Positions 13,808-23,080 of a stretch of DNA of 64,000 nt are shown piece by piece. Under the pieces are notes generated by a model that saw nothing but the letters and a program-made list of their open reading frames with translations, searched no databases and had not been told where the DNA came from. The translations under genes were made by a program, and so were the position numbers. This stretch comes from Terriglobales bacterium (GTDB lineage: Bacteria; Acidobacteriota; Terriglobia; Terriglobales; Acidobacteriaceae), in contig DASRGM010000056.1 in NCBI GenBank assembly GCA_035651035.1, forward strand, positions 2,877 to 66,876, given 5' to 3'. Numbering within the stretch: position 1 is the stretch's first letter; the number at the start of each line of letters is the position of its first letter.

Positions 13808-15589
13808 ATGAGTCGATGGCGGTTGCGCACGAAATTTCTCATCGCCATGCTGCTGACCTCGGCAGGCCTGACGGCGGTTTCCCTGCTCATCGTGCAGCGC
13901 ACGGTGGCCAGCCATGTGCGGCGCGGCCTGAGCAGCGATCTCGCCGATTCGGTCGAGACCTTTCGCGATCTGCAGGCCGAGCGGGAAACCGACTTAGCGC
14001 GCCTTGCCGAACTTATGGCCGACCTGCCGAGCCTTAAAGCGCTCATGACCTCGCAGCACGCGCCTACCATCCAGGACGGGTCGCGGGAGATGTTCCACGT
14101 GGCCGGCGGAGACCTCTTCGCACTCATCGATCCTTCAGGCAAGCTGATGGGATTTCACACCAAGTCGCCTGGCATCTCGCCTGAGCAGGCACAGCAGTTG
14201 CTGGACGCGCGCGGCCCAAGCGGGCCCGCGCTGCAATGGTGGTTTGCCGGCGGTCATTTGTACGAAGTGGAATTTGCGCCGATCTACTTTGGACCCAGCT
14301 CACAGAACGCGGTGCTGGGAATGGTGGGCGTCGGCTACGAGATGAATGCAGCCGTGGCCCGCCAGGTCAGCCAGATTGCGGGCAGCGAGGTGGCCATCGT
14401 GTGCGGCGACGCAGTCGTGGTGAGCACGCTGAACCCCGCTCAAAGCGACGCTTTGGCCTCGCATATCGCGCAAGGACCCATACCGGCGGGGCCCGCAAAC
14501 TGGAAGCTGGGACAGGAAACCTTCATGCTTTCCTCGCTGCCGTTGAATCCCGAGAAGTCGCCGGCGGTGAACATGGTGGTGCTGAAGTCTTATGACGAAG
14601 GGGCTGCGTTCCTCACCCATCTTCGCCAGTTGCTGCTGGCTGTCGGCCTGGGTGCGGTGCTGGGAGGCACAGTTCTGGTGTATTTCATTGCCGGCACATT
14701 TACGCGCCCCCTCGATCGTCTGGTGGATGGCGTGCGAGCGCTGGGCGGCGGCGACTATCGCTATCCGGTGCATGCGCCTGCGGCCAGCGAAGTTGCCGAA
14801 CTGACGGAGGCGTTCACGCGAATGCGCGAAAGTCTTCGCCAGGCGCAGCAGCGGGTGCTGGAGGCGGAGCGCCTCGCCACCATTGGACGAATGGCCAGTT
14901 CCATCTCCCATGATCTACGCCACCCGCTCACGGCCGTGCTGGCAAACGCCGAGTTCCTCGCCGATGCCGAATTGACGGCGGCGCAGCGTGAGGAGCTGTA
15001 CCTGGAAATTCGCGTCGCGGTCAACCGGCTCACCGACCTGGTAGATTCGCTGCTCGAATTGTCGCGGCCGGTGGAATCACTGAACCTGATCGAGATCCCG
15101 GTCGAGCGCACCATCAGCCGCGCCATCGAGCTGGTGCGCGCTCACCGCGAGTTCCAACGCATCGCATTGTCGATTGAGTCTGCAGGCGTTCATACGGCGC
15201 AGTTCGATCCTCGAAAGATGGAACGCGTCTTCTATAACCTGCTGCTGAACGGCTGCCAGGCTGCGCAGCTGTCGGGCGGCCATGTCGGAGTAAGTGTGGC
15301 GGAGCGCAACGGCGACATTGCAATCCGGATTACCGATGATGGCCCGGGCGTGGAGTCCTCGATCCGCGACAAACTGTTTCAGCCCTTCGTCAGCTACGGC
15401 AAGGAAAATGGTACCGGACTTGGCCTGACCATCGCGCAGAAAATCGTGCAGGACCATCATGGCAGCCTGCAATTGGAAAGTTCGGCTCCCGGGCGGACGG
15501 TGATGCAGATCATATTGCCGCGCGCGGTGGAGGCAGCCGCGCCGGAAGACGCCCGCTCTGCCAAGGCTTCGCAATGGTTCAAGACCTGA
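13808..15589 (+). CDS. sensor histidine kinase (two TM, extracytoplasmic sensor, HAMP, HisKA, HATPase_c)
   Basis: 593-aa ORF. H-box SISHDLRHPL, N and G boxes (NLLLNG, DDGPGV, GTGLGLTIA). A sensor segment of ~250 aa lies between the two TM helices. Confidence 0.9.
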   Translation: MSRWRLRTKFLIAMLLTSAGLTAVSLLIVQRTVASHVRRGLSSDLADSVETFRDLQAERETDLARLAELMADLPSLKALMTSQHAPTIQDGSREMFHVAGGDLFALIDPSGKLMGFHTKSPGISPEQAQQLLDARGPSGPALQWWFAGGHLYEVEFAPIYFGPSSQNAVLGMVGVGYEMNAAVARQVSQIAGSEVAIVCGDAVVVSTLNPAQSDALASHIAQGPIPAGPANWKLGQETFMLSSLPLNPEKSPAVNMVVLKSYDEGAAFLTHLRQLLLAVGLGAVLGGTVLVYFIAGTFTRPLDRLVDGVRALGGGDYRYPVHAPAASEVAELTEAFTRMRESLRQAQQRVLEAERLATIGRMASSISHDLRHPLTAVLANAEFLADAELTAAQREELYLEIRVAVNRLTDLVDSLLELSRPVESLNLIEIPVERTISRAIELVRAHREFQRIALSIESAGVHTAQFDPRKMERVFYNLLLNGCQAAQLSGGHVGVSVAERNGDIAIRITDDGPGVESSIRDKLFQPFVSYGKENGTGLGLTIAQKIVQDHHGSLQLESSAPGRTVMQIILPRAVEAAAPEDARSAKASQWFKT

Positions 15590-15639
15590 ACCTTCGCCGC
15601 TTTCGGTCCCAGACTGGCCCGCCAGCAATGAGGTGTGAC

Positions 15640-17268
15640 ATGCAACTTGCCAACTGTCTCCGGCTCTTTCACAGTTACCGCTGCCGAAGCGCGAACCCTC
15701 GTTTCCCGGCGGTCAATCGCGCCTCAGAGATACGGAATCCGGCAACGGTGTTCACGCTGGTAACGATCCTGTGCGTCGGGGCCGTGGCCCAGTCGCCGAA
15801 CGCTGTCTCAGCCGCCAACGCCGAGGACCAAAGCACCAAGGCTGCCCTGCAGGAGCTGCAGTCCGAGATCCATGAACTGAAGGACCTGATCGTGCAGTTG
15901 CAGCAGCAGACCGTCTCCAGCCGGACCGAGATCACGCGCTTGCGCGAGGAACTCGCCGGTCAGCGCAGCAACAACGCCGGAAGTGTCATCGACGAAGCGT
16001 CGCCCGCGTACTCCTCCAACGTGCCGCTGCAACAGCGGGTGGAGCAGCTTGAGGAAGGTCAGCAACTGCTCTCAAGTGAGCTCGACACGCAATACCAGAC
16101 CAAGGTTGAAAGCGCGTCGAAGTACCGGATTCGCCTATCCGGTATCGTGCTCTTCAACCTTTTCGGCAACAGCGGATCGGTAGAAAACCAGGATGTGCCC
16201 ACTTGGGCAACGCCCCCGAATCCTCCCGGCTCGTCAGGCTCCGTAGGGGCCACAATGCGGCAGTCCATCATCGGACTGGAGGCCTTTGGCCCGGACTTCC
16301 TCGGAGCACACACCAGCGCCAACATTAACTTCGATTTCGGCGGCGGCTTCCCTGCGGTTTATAACGGCGTCAACTCGGGGCTCGTCCGCCTGCGCACCGC
16401 CGCCGTTCGTCTGGACTGGGACAACACGTCGCTGATCGCCGGCCAGGATGAACTGTTCGTTTCGCCTCTGCAACCTACTTCGTTCGCATCGGTCATTGTG
16501 CCGCCCTTGTCGTATTCGGGGAACCTCTGGGCTTGGACGCCGCAGCTGCGAGTCGAGCACCGATTCGAACTGGCAGACAATGCAAAGGTGACTATCCAAG
16601 GGGGAATACTGGATCCGCTCACCGGGCAGCCTCCGGACAACACCGACTACACCTACTATCGTAGTCCGGGCGCGGGCGAACTGACGCGGCAGCCCGCGTT
16701 TGCCGCTCGCGTCGCGTATTCGCGCCCCCTGTTGGGCCAGACCTTCACCGTCGGTGTTGCCGGTTATTACAGCCGGCAGGATTGGGGCTTTGACCGCACC
16801 GTCAACGGCTGGGCGGGAATCATGGACGCAAACCTGCCGCTGAGCAAGAAATTCAGCCTGAGCGGCTCGTTTTATCGAGGTGCGGCCATCGGCGCCCTGG
16901 GTGGCGCGCTGGGACGCAGCGTGGTCTATAACGGGCCGCTGTTCGATCCCGGCACTCAAATTGAAGCCCTGAATACGTTGGGAGGATGGGCGCAGCTCAA
17001 ATATCGCGCCACTCCCAAGCTGGAATTCAACGGCGCCTTCGGCCAGGACAGCCCCTTCGCCTCTAACGTCCGCTACTTCGGCGACCAGGCGGTGAGTTAC
17101 GCCCCGGCGTTCTTTACCGCTAATCGCAGCGCCTTCGGCAACGTGATTTACCGGCCGCGTTCGGACTTGCTCTTCGCGGCGGAGTATCGCCGGCTGCGTA
17201 CGTTTACCATATACGACAACAGCTACGAGGCCGGACAGGTCAACATGTCGGTGGGGGTGTTGTTCTGA
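15640..17268 (+). CDS. outer-membrane beta-barrel (porin-like) protein with N-terminal coiled coil
   Basis: ORF 15574..17268. The start is uncertain (15628, 15640 or GTG 15748). Signal-like VTILCVGAVAQS, then heptad-rich LQELQSEIHELKDLIVQLQQQ, then alternating beta-strand pattern, with a terminal ...VGVLF aromatic residue. Confidence 0.7.
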   Translation: MQLANCLRLFHSYRCRSANPRFPAVNRASEIRNPATVFTLVTILCVGAVAQSPNAVSAANAEDQSTKAALQELQSEIHELKDLIVQLQQQTVSSRTEITRLREELAGQRSNNAGSVIDEASPAYSSNVPLQQRVEQLEEGQQLLSSELDTQYQTKVESASKYRIRLSGIVLFNLFGNSGSVENQDVPTWATPPNPPGSSGSVGATMRQSIIGLEAFGPDFLGAHTSANINFDFGGGFPAVYNGVNSGLVRLRTAAVRLDWDNTSLIAGQDELFVSPLQPTSFASVIVPPLSYSGNLWAWTPQLRVEHRFELADNAKVTIQGGILDPLTGQPPDNTDYTYYRSPGAGELTRQPAFAARVAYSRPLLGQTFTVGVAGYYSRQDWGFDRTVNGWAGIMDANLPLSKKFSLSGSFYRGAAIGALGGALGRSVVYNGPLFDPGTQIEALNTLGGWAQLKYRATPKLEFNGAFGQDSPFASNVRYFGDQAVSYAPAFFTANRSAFGNVIYRPRSDLLFAAEYRRLRTFTIYDNSYEAGQVNMSVGVLF

Positions 17269-17294
17269 GTTTCCGCAAAACAGGGTTTTACGTT

Positions 17295-17978
17295 TTGGGC
17301 ATAGCCTGTTGGCTCGCCACCCTCGGCGCGGCGCAGGATGTCAACGTAACCGGCAAGGTCTTGCCGCAAGGCGTCGCATCTTCCAATGCGCCGGAGACGG
17401 TGGTGTGGCTGTCGCCACTAGGCGCTGCCGCTGATGCCACGCCCGTCACGCCGATGCACGCCGTCCTCGCGCAGAAGAACAAAATGTTCGTGCCGCACCT
17501 GGTCGTGGTCACCCGCGGCTCGGTCATCGACTTCCCTAACCGCGATCCTTGGTTCCACAACGTTTTCTCGCTGTTTAACGGCAAGCGGTTCGACCTTGGG
17601 CTTTACGAGGCGGGCAGCTCGCGCACCGTTCACTTTGATCGCGAAGGGGTTTCGTTCATCTTCTGCAATATCCATCCGGAGATGAGCGCAATTGTGGTCG
17701 TGCTGAGCAGTCCGTATTTCGGCGTGACGGGCAAAGACGGCGACTTCGAGATCGCCGCGGTGCCTCCCGGCCGTTACATGCTGCACCTGTGGAATGAAAG
17801 CGCGATGCCGGCAACGTTGCAAGCGCTCACTCGTGAGGTGCAGATTGGCGAAGCGGAGCGCTCGCTTGGAACACTTCGCCTGCCGGTAACCAAGGGCACG
17901 ACGCTGGCGCACAAGAACAAGTACGGTCAGAGCTACGAGCCGCCTTCGCCCAACAACCCGGTTTATGCTCAGCCGTAA
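17295..17978 (+). CDS. secreted cupredoxin-like protein with type-1 copper ligand set plus a CarboxypepD_reg-like domain
   Basis: 227-aa ORF (TTG start) with a signal peptide. Candidate copper ligands are His in PWFHNVFS and Cys-x2-His-x2-Met in FCNIHPEM, which is amicyanin-like spacing. A GKDGDFEIAAVPPGRY beta-sandwich follows. Confidence 0.7.
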   Translation: MGIACWLATLGAAQDVNVTGKVLPQGVASSNAPETVVWLSPLGAAADATPVTPMHAVLAQKNKMFVPHLVVVTRGSVIDFPNRDPWFHNVFSLFNGKRFDLGLYEAGSSRTVHFDREGVSFIFCNIHPEMSAIVVVLSSPYFGVTGKDGDFEIAAVPPGRYMLHLWNESAMPATLQALTREVQIGEAERSLGTLRLPVTKGTTLAHKNKYGQSYEPPSPNNPVYAQP

Positions 17979-18123
17979 CACCTGACACCGCCGAAACGCG
18001 GATCCCCCCATCTTTTCGCCTTCGTTTGGCAAAATGGTGGGAGCGACCGTCATCGGGTGGGCCATAGCATTCTGGCGACGCCGGGCCTTGCGCGATCATC
18101 TTGTTAGCAGAGGAGAAAGCGCA

Positions 18124-19572
18124 ATGTCCTCCGCCTCCCACTCGCAAACCCGCCGCGAGAAAGACTCGCTCGGCGAAAAAGAAATCCCCGCGCATGCGTA
18201 TTACGGTATCCAGACGGCGCGCGCAGTCGAGAACTATCCCATCAGCGGATTGAACGCGCACTCCACGTTGATTGTGGCCATTGCGATGGTGAAAGAGGCG
18301 GCCGCGCTGGCCAATCGCGAGCTGGGGCTCATCGACGCCAAGACCGCAGACGCCATCGTCCAGGCCGCGCAGGAGATCCAGCAAGGCAAGCTGCGCGATC
18401 AGTTTGTCGTTGATGTCTTCCAGGCCGGCGCGGGCGTCAGCTTCCACATGAACAGCAATGAAGTAATCGCCAATCGCGCCTCAGAGCTTCTGGGCGGCGC
18501 GCGCGGCGAATACAAGCACGTCCATCCCAACGATCACGTTAACTATGGGCAGTCGACGAACGATGTTTTTCCGACGGCTATGCGCCTGTCGGCGCTGCTG
18601 GAGCTCAACCGGCTTTACCCCGTGCTCGATGGCCTGATCGCAGCCTTCGAAGACCAAGGCAAACAGTTCCACCACATCCTGAAGTCAGGCCGCACGCACA
18701 TGCAGGACGCCGTGCCGATGCGGCTGGGACAGGAGTTCACCGCCTATTCGGGCGCGCTCCAGCGCGCGAAAAAGGCTATCGAGGAGCAGTCGCACTGGTT
18801 GCGCGAGGTCGGACTCGGCGGCTCCGCCGTGGGCACCGGGATCAATACCCATCCCGACTACCGGCACAAAGCCATCGCCGAGCTGGCGCGCATCTCAGGC
18901 CAGAAATTACATGCGGTCGACGACATGCGTTACGCCATGCAGTCGAACCTGGCGATGTCGAGCGTCAGCGGCGCGCTGCGCAACCTGGCGCTGGAAGTCA
19001 TCCGCATCTCGAACGATCTGCGGCTGCTCGCCTCCGGCCCGAACACCGGGCTGGCCGAGATCAACCTGCCTGCGCTCCAGCCGGGCTCATCGATCATGCC
19101 CGGCAAGATCAATCCCGTAATGCCGGAGCTGGCCGCGATGGTCTCCTTCCAGGTCGTCGGATATGACACCGCCGTCGCGCTCGCGGTGCAGGCCGGGCAG
19201 CTGGAGCTCAACGTCATGATGCCGACCATGGCGTACAGCGTGCTCATGTCCATCACCATCATGACCAATATGTTGCGCCAGTTCACGGATTTCTGCGTGA
19301 AGGGAATTACCGTGAACGAGCAGCGCACCAGCTACTACGTCCAGAGCACCGTGTCGCTGGCGACGGCGCTGAATCCTTACATCGGCTACTCCAAAGCCGC
19401 GGAGATTGCCAAGGAGTCGGTGAAGACGGGCAAGTCGATCATCGAGATCGCGCGCGAACGCGGCGACCTGAACGAGGCGCAGATTAAGGAAATCCTCGAT
19501 CCGGCGCGCATGACCGAGCCGGTATCGCCGCTGGAGGTCGCGAAAGAGCGGGAGAAGATCAAAGCGAAGTAG
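18124..19572 (+). CDS. aspA: aspartate ammonia-lyase
   Basis: Start moved to MSSASHS, preceded by GGAG. Fumarate-lyase signature GSSIMPGKINPVMPE and HPNDHVNYGQSTNDVFPTA favour aspartase over fumarase. Confidence 0.88.
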   Translation: MSSASHSQTRREKDSLGEKEIPAHAYYGIQTARAVENYPISGLNAHSTLIVAIAMVKEAAALANRELGLIDAKTADAIVQAAQEIQQGKLRDQFVVDVFQAGAGVSFHMNSNEVIANRASELLGGARGEYKHVHPNDHVNYGQSTNDVFPTAMRLSALLELNRLYPVLDGLIAAFEDQGKQFHHILKSGRTHMQDAVPMRLGQEFTAYSGALQRAKKAIEEQSHWLREVGLGGSAVGTGINTHPDYRHKAIAELARISGQKLHAVDDMRYAMQSNLAMSSVSGALRNLALEVIRISNDLRLLASGPNTGLAEINLPALQPGSSIMPGKINPVMPELAAMVSFQVVGYDTAVALAVQAGQLELNVMMPTMAYSVLMSITIMTNMLRQFTDFCVKGITVNEQRTSYYVQSTVSLATALNPYIGYSKAAEIAKESVKTGKSIIEIARERGDLNEAQIKEILDPARMTEPVSPLEVAKEREKIKAK

Positions 19573-19975
19573 CCGCCGGCGCAGCAACCTCGATGGCGAC
19601 GTCAATCTTCGGCGGATGCAGCAGCGTGTTGTGAATCAGGCAGCGGTGCACCGCCTCCTCTAAACCCTTGACGTGCTCCGGCGCGATCTCTCCGGGCACG
19701 TTCACTTCGACGCGAAAGTTGTCCAGGCGCAATGGCCCTTTGACCTTTTCCGCCATGACCCGCGCGTTCACACCGTCCGGCAGAATGCGGTTTCGCTTCA
19801 GATAATCCACCGCATAATACGCCGCACACGATCCCAGCGCAGCCAGCAGCAGCTCCGGCGGCGTCATGCCCTCGTCGTAGCCGTTGCTCTCGACCGGCTG
19901 ATCGCTGACGATTTCATGCTGCCGCGCCCGGATCGCGAACTGGAGCGCTCCGAGATGCTCAACCTGCACTTCCAT
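19559..19975 (-). CDS. OsmC/Ohr-family peroxiredoxin-like protein
   Basis: 138-aa ORF with two conserved Cys contexts (LGSCAAYY, HRCLIHNTL). It overlaps aspA convergently by 14 nt. Confidence 0.85.
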   Translation of the reverse strand: MEVQVEHLGALQFAIRARQHEIVSDQPVESNGYDEGMTPPELLLAALGSCAAYYAVDYLKRNRILPDGVNARVMAEKVKGPLRLDNFRVEVNVPGEIAPEHVKGLEEAVHRCLIHNTLLHPPKIDVAIEVAAPAATSL

Positions 19976-20147
19976 AGCTGCGCCTCAGCGGACCCGGCTT
20001 GAACGCAGTGCGGCGACGCAAAAACCCGGTACCTGCATCATTCTGGCATCGGCATCAACCGTGCACGCGTGATAGCGGACACCTGTCGTTGTGACAAATA
20101 ATTGACCGAGGGCCGTGGTGTAGTTGCCCTGGCAGATCGCAGATGGC

Positions 20148-21470
20148 TTATTGCTTGTAGATGACCTTGCCGTCGCGAATCGTGTAGTCCACCTTGGCAA
20201 AATTGCGGACATCGCCGGCGGGATCGCCGCTGAGCACTACCAGGCTGGCATCGTCACCGGCGCCCAGCTCTCCACTGCCTGCTTTGAAGAACGTTGCGGG
20301 ATTCGTCGTCAGCGACGCAAGAATGTTGCGCCAGGTCATCCCGCTCTTCGCCATCAGGACATATTCTTCCGTGGTGTCGTAGTGCTGGGTGTAGCCGACG
20401 TCTGTCCCGAACAGCACCGTGCCGCCCTGGTCGAAGAAAGCTTTCAGTTCGTTGACGCCGCGCTGCTCGAAGGCCTGGATGTCCGGCTGTGAAGCATGGT
20501 CCTTTTCCAGCTCAACCTCCCACAATGTGAGAGTTGGCTCGAGCGCCGTATGCTGGCGCTTCATTCGCTGCAACTCTTCGTTCGTGTAGCTTTGCTCGAT
20601 GGGAATGGTGTGGGCGAGAACGTCGACGCCGGCAGCTAAAGCGTTGTCGGCACCGACGTGGTTGGAGGGATGGGCGAATACCGGCTTCCCGTCCGCATGG
20701 GCCACTTCGACGGCGGCGCGAGCCACATCGGCAGGCATGGGCGTGATCTTACCGTGGCCCATGATCGAGCCGGTGAACAGCTTGATGCCGTCACCACCTA
20801 ACGCCAGCTCCTGTTTTGCCAGACGCGCCGCGTCGGCCGGGGTGGCCGCCTCGAATTGCTTCAGTACCGGCACAAGCTCCCTGGGAACGTACACCGGTAT
20901 GCCATCTTCCGGCAGAATATTGCCCGCGGTCGTATAGATTCGCGGGCCCGGTACCTCGCCGCTATTAACGCGCTTGCGCAGCGGCAGGGTGTCGCGCGGG
21001 TCGGAGCCGAGATCGAAAACCGCGGTGAAGCCCCAGCGCGTCAGCATCTCCCGCATGTGCTGCTCCAGGCCGCTCGCCGGCGCGTTCGCCGCATTCTTCC
21101 ACGCGTCTTCTGTGAAGTGGACGTGGCTGTTCCAAAAGCCCGCGACGATCACCTTGTTCTTGCAGTCGATGACCTCGGCCGACTTCGGAACCTTGACTTC
21201 ACTGCGCTTTCCGATGGCGACGATTTTGCCGTCGTGCACCAGCACAACGCCGTCTTCGATTGCGGCCGCTGTGGGCGAGGGATAGATCCTGCCGCCGGCC
21301 AGCGCCAGCTCGGGTGAAGATCCGCGATCTTCACACCAGCAGCCGCTCATGGCGCCGAAGATCATGAAGATCGCCAATATCAAATAACAAGCAGAGAACT
21401 GCGAGCGCAATCGCCGATCGAATCGCTCTGCGACAGGAAATATGGGTGCCCTACTCCAGATGGCTCTCAT
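20148..21470 (-). CDS. amidohydrolase-family metallohydrolase (secreted or lipoprotein)
   Basis: 440-aa ORF. HxH metal motif (WNSHVHF), later His/Asp ligands (VFAHPSNH, VLAHT, FGTDVGY). The N-terminus is hydrophobic with an AMSGC lipobox-like site. The start is uncertain. Confidence 0.85.
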   Translation of the reverse strand: MRAIWSRAPIFPVAERFDRRLRSQFSACYLILAIFMIFGAMSGCWCEDRGSSPELALAGGRIYPSPTAAAIEDGVVLVHDGKIVAIGKRSEVKVPKSAEVIDCKNKVIVAGFWNSHVHFTEDAWKNAANAPASGLEQHMREMLTRWGFTAVFDLGSDPRDTLPLRKRVNSGEVPGPRIYTTAGNILPEDGIPVYVPRELVPVLKQFEAATPADAARLAKQELALGGDGIKLFTGSIMGHGKITPMPADVARAAVEVAHADGKPVFAHPSNHVGADNALAAGVDVLAHTIPIEQSYTNEELQRMKRQHTALEPTLTLWEVELEKDHASQPDIQAFEQRGVNELKAFFDQGGTVLFGTDVGYTQHYDTTEEYVLMAKSGMTWRNILASLTTNPATFFKAGSGELGAGDDASLVVLSGDPAGDVRNFAKVDYTIRDGKVIYKQ

Positions 21471-21502
21471 TTGTTGGGTATTCTCCGGCCGAATGCCGAT
21501 TT

Positions 21503-22498
21503 TTAGAACGACCAGCGAAGCAGCGTCGCGCCCGACGTAAATCCCGCCCCCACTGCTGCCAGCAGCACCAGGTCGCCCTTCTTCAGCTTGCCTTCGTCGA
21601 CAGCCGTTTGCATGGCCAGCGGGATGGTGCCCGCCGTGGTGTTGCCGTAGCGGTCGATGTTGATAATGACTTTCTCCATCGGCATCTTTAGGCGCTCGGC
21701 GGTGGCTACAATGATGCGCTTATTCGCCTGGTGAGCGATGAAGCAGTCCAGGTCCTTGCCGCAGAGACCATTCTTCTGCAGCACGCGCTCGGTCATCTCC
21801 GCCATCTTCTTCACCGCGTACTTGAAAACCTGCTGGCCATCCTGGTGGATGTAGTGCATCTTCTTGTCGACGGTTTCGTGGGAGGCCGGGTTCAGGCTGC
21901 CCCCCGCGGGCATTCTAAGGTACTGTCCGCCGCTGCCTTCGATCTGCGCGACCATATCGATGATGCCGTCCTCGCCGTCGTCGGCGGGCTCCAGCAGCAC
22001 CGCGCCGGCCCCGTCGCCGAAGATGATGCAGACAGCGCGATCGTCATAATTCACCATCGACGAGTTCACGTCGGAGCCGATGACCAGCACTTTCTTGTAA
22101 CGCCCGGATTCGATGAACTCGGCGCCGGTGTTTAGCGCATAGACGAAGCCCGAGCAGCCGGCCGAGACGTCAAAGCCCCAGGTGCGCGCGATGCCCAGCT
22201 TGTCCTGCACCAGGCACGCGGTCGAGGGATACATCATGTCGGGCGTCACCGTTCCGACAATGATCAGGTCGACCGTCTGCAGATCGAACGGATGCGACTT
22301 GAGCAGGTTCTTGACCGCCTCGATCGCCAGATCGCTGGCCGCCACCCCCTTGTCCGCCAGGTGCCGCTCGCGAATGCCGGTGCGCTCCAGGATCCACTGG
22401 TCGGTGGTTTCCACGATCTTTTCGAGGTCCGAATTAGTCAGGATGCGTGGCGGGACGTAGGTGCCGAGAGCGGTGATCTTCGCGCGAATAGCAGGCAA
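21503..22498 (-). CDS. fabH: 3-oxoacyl-ACP synthase III
   Basis: 331-aa ORF (TTG start, GGAG 8 nt upstream). Active-site Cys in [11 protein letters not shown] and the FabH His/Asn contexts (AHQAN, GNTTAG). Confidence 0.93.
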   Translation of the reverse strand: MPAIRAKITALGTYVPPRILTNSDLEKIVETTDQWILERTGIRERHLADKGVAASDLAIEAVKNLLKSHPFDLQTVDLIIVGTVTPDMMYPSTACLVQDKLGIARTWGFDVSAGCSGFVYALNTGAEFIESGRYKKVLVIGSDVNSSMVNYDDRAVCIIFGDGAGAVLLEPADDGEDGIIDMVAQIEGSGGQYLRMPAGGSLNPASHETVDKKMHYIHQDGQQVFKYAVKKMAEMTERVLQKNGLCGKDLDCFIAHQANKRIIVATAERLKMPMEKVIINIDRYGNTTAGTIPLAMQTAVDEGKLKKGDLVLLAAVGAGFTSGATLLRWSF

Positions 22499-22516
22499 TA
22501 GGAAGCTCCGATGATC

Positions 22517-22639
22517 GCTTTTCGCCTTTCGCTGTTCGCCAGAGGCGCGGCCATGCCGAGAAGTAATAGAAGAAAGAAGCCGCTCGCCAAAGTTACGTCA
22601 GGACCTTAACCGCATGGCGAAAAGCTAACGGCGAAAAGC
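22517..22639. repeat. GGCGAAAAGC repeats (two direct, one inverted) between SRP RNA and fabH
   Basis: GCTTTTCGCC at 22517-22526, and GGCGAAAAGC at 22616-22625 and 22630-22639. A related GCGAA-rich block lies at 58311-58348. Confidence 0.7.
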
Positions 22640-22645
22640 GGTCTT

Positions 22646-22755
22646 TATGCCAGGCGCCAGTTGACCGCTGCACACGCACTGGCCTGCTACCGTTGCTTCC
22701 TTCCGGACCTGGCGGGATTCACAAGATTGCGTTGCGCGGGACCAGCGCCCGACTT
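22646..22755 (-). ncRNA. ffs: signal recognition particle RNA (4.5S / small SRP RNA)
   Basis: The minus strand reads ...GGGCGCUGGUCCCGCGCAACGC...CCAGGUCCGGAAGGAAGCAACGG...GUGCGUGUGC...GGCGCCUGGC. It contains the universally conserved domain-IV motif AGGUCCGGAAGGAAGCA. The 5' and 3' ends can pair. The ends are approximate. Confidence 0.85.
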
Positions 22756-22767
22756 CTCAATATAGCA

Positions 22768-23036
22768 TCAGTTTTTGATGGTGTGGCCTGTGTCCAGGCA
22801 GGATGGCACCGGCGTAGCCCGATCGACGATGAAGCCTTCAGTCCAGTGATCTTGGTTTAGCTCGTATGGATAAATACGAAAGCCCTCTTGGAACTCTGCA
22901 AAGCCCTTCTGGTCCTTGAGCCGCTTGATCGCGGCTGTGCTTCGAGTTCGCTTGAATACACGCCAATGAGGAGTTCGCAGTCCTCGCAATCTTCGCGTTC
23001 CTGCTCAAACCAAAGCATGTAAACGGTGTTGTCCAT
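22768..23036 (-). pseudogene. small (~89 codon) conserved-looking gene interrupted by a 1-nt frameshift
   Basis: ATG at 23036 (GGGAGCCGAGG upstream) gives MDNTVYMLWFEQEREDCEDCELLIGVYSSELEAQ in one frame, which stops at 22857. The text continues as AAIKRLKDQKGFAEFQEGFRIYPYELNQDHWTEGF... in the frame of ORF 22768..22989. The junction is near 22932-22938. Confidence 0.55.
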
Positions 23037-23080
23037 CCTCGGCTCCCATCTGTGTCGTAATGATAAAATAATGAGATTCC

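Noticed and set aside
15574-15639. Longer N-terminus for the porin-like gene, overlapping the kinase stop.
   Set aside because: The extension has no signal-peptide character. The hydrophobic signal-like segment begins much later, so internal starts at 15628, 15640 or 15748 are more plausible. The choice remains unresolved.
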